Source of the DNA: the human T2T-CHM13v2.0 reference genome, Homo sapiens
Assembly (NCBI RefSeq): GCF_009914755.1
Contig: NC_060935.1
Reading direction: 5' to 3' (one strand)
DNA: 64,000 nucleotides
The position numbers were made by a program, and so were the translations under genes. Each line of letters begins with the position of its first letter. The first letter of the stretch is position 1. This document shows positions 57,081 through 64,000 of this stretch, one piece after another. The notes under the pieces were generated by a model. It did not search any database. It had not been told where the DNA came from and saw nothing but the letters and a program-made list of their open reading frames with translations.

Positions 57081-58009
57081 GCTGGGTCAGCAGGCCCAGC
57101 ACCGCCTCCTGGCCCAGCTTAGAAGCTTGACTAGTCAGCCCCATTGGGGTCCCAGATTACAGAAATGCCACACTCCGGCCACACAGCCCTGAATCCAACC
57201 TAAATCCAGCTCCATCAACTTCCCCCTATCTGCGAAATTCATTTGAATCCCACTCTGAATCTGGATCCATTAACCTTTGACCTATGAGAAATGAGTCAGA
57301 GCCTAAGAAAAAGCGGGCACCTAGAGAAAGCAGGGAGCAAAAAACAGAGTTTCTGAGAGCAGGGGCCCTCTGCTTGATGGTCAGCTCCTCCCCTGGCACC
57401 TGGGCCAGGTCAGCCGATGCTCTGTGTGGCCAAGAGAGGGCCAGACCTGGCCTCTGGCTGTGAGTGGCTGGGACGGCGAGCAAGACCCAGCTACATATCT
57501 GTCTTCAGCCCCTGCAACTGGGAGAGCAGCAACTCAGAGATCAGCCGTTTCACCCTTCTTCCTAATCACCGCGGGCGTGATGGAACACCTTGACATTCTT
57601 TAACGAAAGTTCAACTCCACTGCCACTCGGGGCGCTGCATGAGGAATGAGGTTTATGTTGAATCCCAGAATCACAGAAATTAGAGATGAAAAAGGACGCT
57701 GAGGTCAGAGGCAGCCCATCCCCATGGGGCCAAGTGCACGTTCTTCTCGGTAATAGACTTTCCCTTTATTCCTCCAGTCCAGGTGGCTGCCTCCCTGAAG
57801 ACCATTCTCCACTGTTTCTTGGAGAAGACACTGTTGATAGAAATGAGAAGTCTGTGCTGATCCCTGCATGATTTGCTTTGAAATTTATTAATCATCCAAA
57901 AGCTGGTGAAGAGGGGAAAAAAGAGAATGTAAACTCATCTGGTAGCCAGCGTGCCTGAGTGCGAAGGAGGAGGAGAGCCAGAACCCTCTGGGTTTCCAGC
58001 TTGCTATAG

Positions 58010-58230
58010 CTCTAGGGCAGCATGGGACAGTGTAGACTGATCACTGACTTGCTATGTAACCTGGCAAAATTTTGACTTCCCTGAGCCTCAGTTTTCTCAT
58101 CTGCAAAATGGGAGCTCATGATGCCTATGCACAGGGCTGTTGGAAGATTAGAGTTAACAAAGGTTTAGCGCCTCATATTGTGCCTGACCCATGTGAATTA
58201 CTCCGTAAATGGTAACGATTATTACTAACA
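58010..58230 (+). mobile_element. MIR
   Basis: ctgagcctcagttttctcatctgcaaaatggg core. Confidence 0.8.
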
Positions 58231-58729
58231 TTACTTTATGACTCTCCCCTCTCCAGATCCGTGTCCCTGTCTGTAACACAGGGCTAAGCAAGTTCTTCAG
58301 CTATTGGGCTTCATCCACTCAACATTCCACTGGCACTTCCAGAGCTGCCACCACACTTCAGACTCCCAAGGCTAACAATGACCAAGAAAGACAGATTCTC
58401 TGACGTCATGGAACTTACTGTCTTTATGAATTTCCAGGGAGAAGGGTGCTAAGATGCTAACATGGATACTAACCATCTGATGCAATATTCTGCTGCACAG
58501 ATTGTGACCTATGACTCACTGGGACATGATAGAGGTCACAGAAATGCCAATGACATCCCAAAGACAGTGTGGGAGTGTGTTGTCTAGCTTCTTAGCAAAC
58601 CCCACCCCCACGGTGGCATGACCCCTGCACCATCTTCTCCCACCCTGGGATCTCCTTCCTACCCCTCTGCCCATGTCAATCTGGAAGGTACTTTTATACA
58701 CACACACACACTCCTAATAGCATCTAAAT

Positions 58730-58878
58730 CAGTCACTCTCAACCTTGGCTGTGCATTAGTGGTGCTTACCTATGACAGGGCTAGGCCCAGGCCACACCCA
58801 AATCCATTAAAGCAGAGCGTCTGGGGTGGGACCCAAGCATCAGAGTTATTGGCATCTTCCCAGCTCGAGAACCAGTGC
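58730..58878. mobile_element. MER5A-like MITE
   Basis: cagtcactctcaaccttggctgtgcattag...tctggggtgggaccca...gagaaccagtg. Confidence 0.7.
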
Positions 58879-59864
58879 TCTAAGCGGATGTGGTCGTCGG
58901 GGGAAAGGCAAGGACCTCTGGTCTTTACAATCTTCTTGATATCACTGAATAACCTCAGTTTCTCTGTCTGGGCAAGGAGGGTACTAATACCTCCCTCTCC
59001 AGGCCATGATGAAGGTAAAACAATATTCTGAAAGAACTTCAGGAATCCTGCCCAGATGAGAGGCACTGGCCCTGTGGCCTCTGGGCAGATTCACTGGAGA
59101 AAGTGGTGGGTGTGATGGTTTCCCTGGGGGCCAACACTGAGACTTCCCAGTGTTTGCTCTACCAGGGTGAGCATCACTGTGGTGAATGTCCCTTGCAGAG
59201 CTCACATCTGTTGCACCAGGATACTTCCCCTGAAGCTGAGCTGCCAGCCCCAGCCTCCCATTCCCCCACCTCCTTACCATGCCCTTCCTTTCCTTCTCTG
59301 GCCAGGCCCGAGTCCTGCCATCTCTAGATGCTGCATTTCCAATACTTTCGGCCCAATAAACAGTTGGCAGGTGTCAGGTTCCCAGGTTTGAAAGGGGTCT
59401 ATATTAATCACAGAGATACACACCTGTCAGGAGTCCAGCTAATGTCCTTCAGAGAGCCCTGGAGGAGAGCGGGAGAGGCAGGGCTGATCTGAGGGCGGAG
59501 CACACTGAGGAGTAAGGAGAGGCTGGGATGTGCTAGGGCCACCAGACCAGGATGTACTGGGGCCGCCAGACCTGTCCACGGAGTCCAGGCGGGGGACTCC
59601 CACATGTCTCAGGCATCATGAGGGGCTACAGAAGCAGCATGAAAACAGTCCCCACCCTCGCCCAGTTCATGACCTATATTGGGAGTGACACACGCTGGGC
59701 TTTAAGATGCTTGCCAAGCAACATACAGGCAAGTGCAAAGTAGTGAATCCAGGTTGAGGAAGTGGGTGAGGAGAAGAAATATCAGGTGAGAAGCAGACCT
59801 GGGGGTTGGGAGAATGGGGTAGGAAGAGTCCCAGATATGCAGTGAAAAGTCATGCCCTGTTAAT

Positions 59865-60014
59865 GGGGAGAGAATAGAAGGAGGGGAGGGGAGTGGAGGG
59901 AAGAGGAAGGGAGCAGAGGGGCTGAGAGGGGAGGGGAGGGGAGAGGAGGAGAGAGGAAGGGAGGGGAGGGGACAGGAGAGGAGTGGAGGAGAAGGGAGGG
60001 GAGTAGGAGGAAGG
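59865..60014. repeat. GA-rich low-complexity purine tract
   Basis: About 150 bp of near-continuous G/A. Confidence 0.9.
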
Positions 60015-60427
60015 CAGTGCACATTGCATGCAGTAAGGAAAGTATTATGTTATAAAACTTTGTTTCAGCTTTTTGTGGGGTGAGTGTGTGTACTGGGTCC
60101 TGAGATAAAATTTCTTTCTTGCATGATCTAAGAAGTATGTGTGCATCACAGGAGTCCAGGCTTTGAGCCTGGGATCAGCACAGTTCCTGACTCTGACCCA
60201 CACACCATGAGCCAAAGCTCTAGACCTTTCAGAAATTCTTCACCATCAGAAAAATGGAGGTGGCACGCCCTGCCGCAGCTGATCAACTTCCCAGATGTGC
60301 TGCGAGCCTGCAGTAAGAGAATGGATGTGAAAGTGCTTTGTAAACTGAAAATTCCAATGAGAAAAATCCATTATCATTAGGTACAGTTAACCAGAAACCT
60401 AAGAGGTAAACTTAGATCTGGATTTTG

Positions 60428-60735
60428 GGGGGTTTGTTTGTTTGTTTGCTTTTTGAGATGGAGTCTCACTCTCTCGCCCAGGCTGGAGTCCAGTGGCGCG
60501 ATCCTCAGTTCACTGCAACCTCTGCCTCCTCGGTTCAAGCAATTCTCCTGCCTCAGCCTCCTGAGTAGCTGGGATTACAGGCGTATGCCACCACGCCCAG
60601 CTAATTTTTGTATTTTTAGTAGAGACAGGGTTTCACCATGTTGGTCAGGCTGGTCTCGAACTCCTGACCTCATGATCTGCCTGCCTTGGCCTCCGAAAGT
60701 GCTGGGATTACAGGCGTGAGCCACCACACCCGGCC
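60428..60735 (-). mobile_element. AluSg-like, full length
   Basis: Exact 15-bp TSD tagatctggattttg at 60413-60427 and 60736-60750; (gttt)n tail. Confidence 0.95.
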
Positions 60736-61839
60736 TAGATCTGGATTTTGAAGAAGAAGAAGAAGATAATGATGACGATGATGACAGCTAATGCTTAGAT
60801 GGTGCTTGCTATTCACTAGGCACTGTCCTATGATGGGTGGAATACAGGCTGTGGGGAAGGAGGGGCTGCTCTCTGTGGCAAGAGATGGGAACTGAGCTAG
60901 GCAGGTGGCTACAGCCACAAGAAGCCCTGGCTACTGGGCTGCAGCATATGGCAGATCACACCAAACAGAGATGGTACATTTTGGGGTTGGGTGCACAGGG
61001 ACAGATCATCTGGAGTATGACGTGGTTTCCTTTGGGTGTCCTGAAGTCCCCAGCAAGAATGCTGAAACATGTCTGTCATGTTCCCTTCTACAGGAGAAAG
61101 AGATAGAAGTGGCCTGGCTTTGAAACATGGTGCTATCCCCTAGCAAGCAGAGGAGGAGCTTCCAGACAGAAAATGGTACCTTTCCCCAGAGTCTATGTTG
61201 AGGTGCACCAGCCTTTCCAGTCCTGAGAAAAGACAGAGTCATGGCTCCAGGGCAGGTGGGCATGCCTGTGTCCCAGGAGGCACTGTTCTTCCTGGCCAGA
61301 GACCCATGCCCACTTCAGAGGAGCCATGAAGGAGAAACACCAGGCCACAGTGGAGGACTGTGATCAAGGAAAAATTGAAGACCTGCTGCAGGAAATTGGA
61401 GCTGCCAATCTCCTAACAATTGGAATTTTTTTATACTGTGCATTTCACAAATGTATGGTAAGTGCTTGGGAATCACAAAGGTCCTATAAGTATTCAGTAT
61501 TACAAGTCACATCCTGCTAACACAAGTACCATTGCAATGAAACTTTCTGTATGACAAAAGCAATTTCCACATCCTGGTCGGTGGCCCATTTATTTCAAAC
61601 AATATTCAATATGCCAACAGTGATAGCTCCCTTCTCTGAGCAGGCAGGCTGATTGTCTGTCCTGTTAATTCTGTAAAGCATGCATGCACCATCTTGTACC
61701 ATTCACCATTGTTTGATGCTTATTATTCTTGCCTTGAAGTCCTCAAGGACAGAGAAGATCCTGCCCTAAGGAGCAAGTGTGCGGAGGCCACCTGGCCTTC
61801 ACTGGTTCCTGCACTGAATGTTTCCTTCTCACCTGCTGA

Positions 61840-63450
61840 GTACCAGGTGTTACCCCAGGTATGAGATGACCACGCCAGGAAGATGTAGACCCCGCTCTCA
61901 AGGGCTTACAGGCTGCAGGGCAAGTAGACCAGCAAACTGCCATCAAGATTCAGTGTGAGAGGTGCATTCTACAACAGCACTCAGAGCAGGGATCCAGGGA
62001 TGTGGTGCCTAACATAGACAGAAGGAGTCCAGGAGGACTTCAAGGTGGAAGTGACATCTAAAAGATGAATGAGAGTCATCCAGGCAGGTGAGGTAAGGAA
62101 AGGGTCAAGGGTCAAGGCAGTGGGACAGTGGTGAGAGCCAGACTAGAATTCCAGGTATTTGGATCAGCACAATGATAACAACAGCTCACTTTTATAGAAC
62201 ACTTGCCAATGCCAGGCACATAGTAAAGGCTTTATAAGCATTATTTCATTTAAGCCTCAAATCAACCCCACTATCCCTATTCTACCGATGAAAAACTGAG
62301 GCTTTGAGAGGATAAATATTTTGCCTATTTAATCAACACAATCTAAATATTAGCTATCATTATTATCATAATTGTTACTATTATTATTAACTTCAGACAT
62401 CACATCTCAACTAACCTCTTCTGGTGAAACAGGTACGGATTAACCTCCCCTAATGATAAGCTCACACCATTAGTAATGAGCTGCATTAGGATTTGAACTC
62501 AGTACTCAGATTCTGGAGATGAAAGAGGTCACCAGGCGGGGGAACGGCACCTACTCAGTCTCCTGGTGTGGTGCAGGGAGGGGTCATAAAGCATCAGTTG
62601 GGCAGGGCTGGTCCTGAGTGGCATGAAGGCTGTGGAAAGGCACCCATGAAATGTTCCAGAGGGTGAAGGGCATGACAGCCTGTGGCTTTAGAAAACCTCC
62701 TCTGGCTTCATTATGAAGAATGGATTCAAGAGGGCAGAGCTGGAAGCAGGGAGATGCATTAGGGGCTATTTTCTCATCCAAGCAATAGATGTTGGCGGGG
62801 TGAAGTCAGGCTTGGTGTGGATGCAGAGGAAGTAAAAGATGAAAGAGCATTTTAGGAGGTGAACTGGATGGGGCATCCGCCACACAGGCTGGTGGGGAGG
62901 AGAAGGAAGCTGGGACAGGCAGTATGGTGCAGGGAAGGACCCAGTTACAGAGTCTGGCTCCAAAGGTGGGACAGGGCATCTGGAAGCCCCACTGCCATGC
63001 CCAGGGCATCTGGAGAGGAAGGAGGAGCTCCATAGGTGGCGAGGCTGCCATGTGGTGGATGTTTGAGGTGGCAAATAATACTTGCAGCTCAGCAGGCAAT
63101 GGCCTGGTGGCTCTGCAGAAGCAGCCCCAGGGGAGGATGAGGATGAGGGATGTTGGGTGCAGCCAGGGAGGCTGGTTTCAAATAGTAGGCAGTCAGGGGA
63201 TTAGGTCCAGAAAACAAAGAATAACTTAGATCAATGAGGGCAGGTTGGCATAGGAAATGGTAGAGTTGCAACCGCAGGGTGCTAAGGGTGCCTGGGTCCG
63301 GCTGGCTCCAGAAGTCAAGGTTGAACTCCCCTCATTGTGCACCTGAGCAGCTGACATCCTTCCAAAGACCAGGACATCAGGGACCCCATCTAGGATGGGA
63401 TGAGACAGAAACAATGTCCTTGTCCTGTGTGGTTTTACTTCCCTCCCCGG
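61840..63450 (-). mobile_element. Fragmented L2 with an inserted MIR (~62175-62350)
   Basis: gctctcaagggcttaca...ggaagtgacatct...ttagaaaacctcctctggct...ggggctatt...catcca antisense L2 motifs. Confidence 0.55.
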
Positions 63451-64000
63451 GGCCCAGCCGAGGGGTGGGTGCGTGGGGGCACCTAGCAAACACTGGTTAA
63501 AATCAGAGCCCAGCATCCTGTCCCAATGTACATGCCTACCCTCAGCTTTTGAGGTCTGAGGTGTCAACAGTGTGTAGTTTAGAAATCCTGGAAGGTTGCA
63601 AAGTGCTCAAGGGGATGGTTCTAAAATACGTAGTGATGCTCCCCCGCCAATATGTTGTGTGTTGTGGCAGGAGAAATATTTCCAGAGATGGCGACATCAG
63701 AATGCTACAGGAAAGCTCTAGAGAATTTAGTGCCTCTGCGTCTCTTCTCCTTCTCATTAGGAGACAGCAGTGGTGTTTTAAATTCTTTAAAGTGGCACTT
63801 CAGTCAAGGAGGAGTTTATAAAAATAATTTCTGCAGCATGGTGGATGGAGGGTGACAGGCAGCAGCCGGGTGAGGGGTTGAGAGGGCTGGGAAGAGAAGT
63901 CAAGCAGGCCACTGGGTAAACAGGGGGGACCCCTGAACCCCAGAGTCAAACAGAAAAGACTCTACCATATGCAGCCCTGGACAGTCAAGAAGCATGGAGC

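Noticed and set aside
60438-60719. 93-aa ORF resembling database hypothetical proteins
   Set aside because: Antisense Alu translation.
1-64000. Assignment to a named locus, gene or novel biological system
   Set aside because: No exon, RNA gene or landmark that I recognise; a BLAT search would be required.

Overview
Primate (human-like) genomic DNA, apparently intergenic or deep intronic. I find no credible protein-coding gene, RNA gene, CRISPR array or prokaryotic feature; the supplied ORFs are chance frames or decayed transposon remnants. The window is rich in interspersed repeats (Alu, L1, L2, L3/CR1, MIR, MaLR/ERVL LTRs, a Gypsy-like LTR, hAT MITEs), separated by unique segments that look like possible developmental enhancers. 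The main structure is an ancient, near-complete ERVL-class provirus on the minus strand (~40397-47063). It retains two LTR16-family LTRs, a tRNA-Leu primer binding site, a polypurine tract, and RT, integrase and dUTPase remnants, and it appears to split a hAT MITE. It also carries younger rearrangements: a 4x45-bp array over the PPT/3'LTR junction, a 58-bp inverted copy and a 75-bp tandem duplication. Other notable items are a fragmented L3/CR1 fossil (~28.5-33.1 kb), two short-range dispersed duplications and a ~690-bp C/T-rich minisatellite. I cannot identify the locus and see no convincing novel biological system. Repeat names come from my recall of consensus sequences, and boundaries are approximate unless a target-site duplication (TSD) is given.
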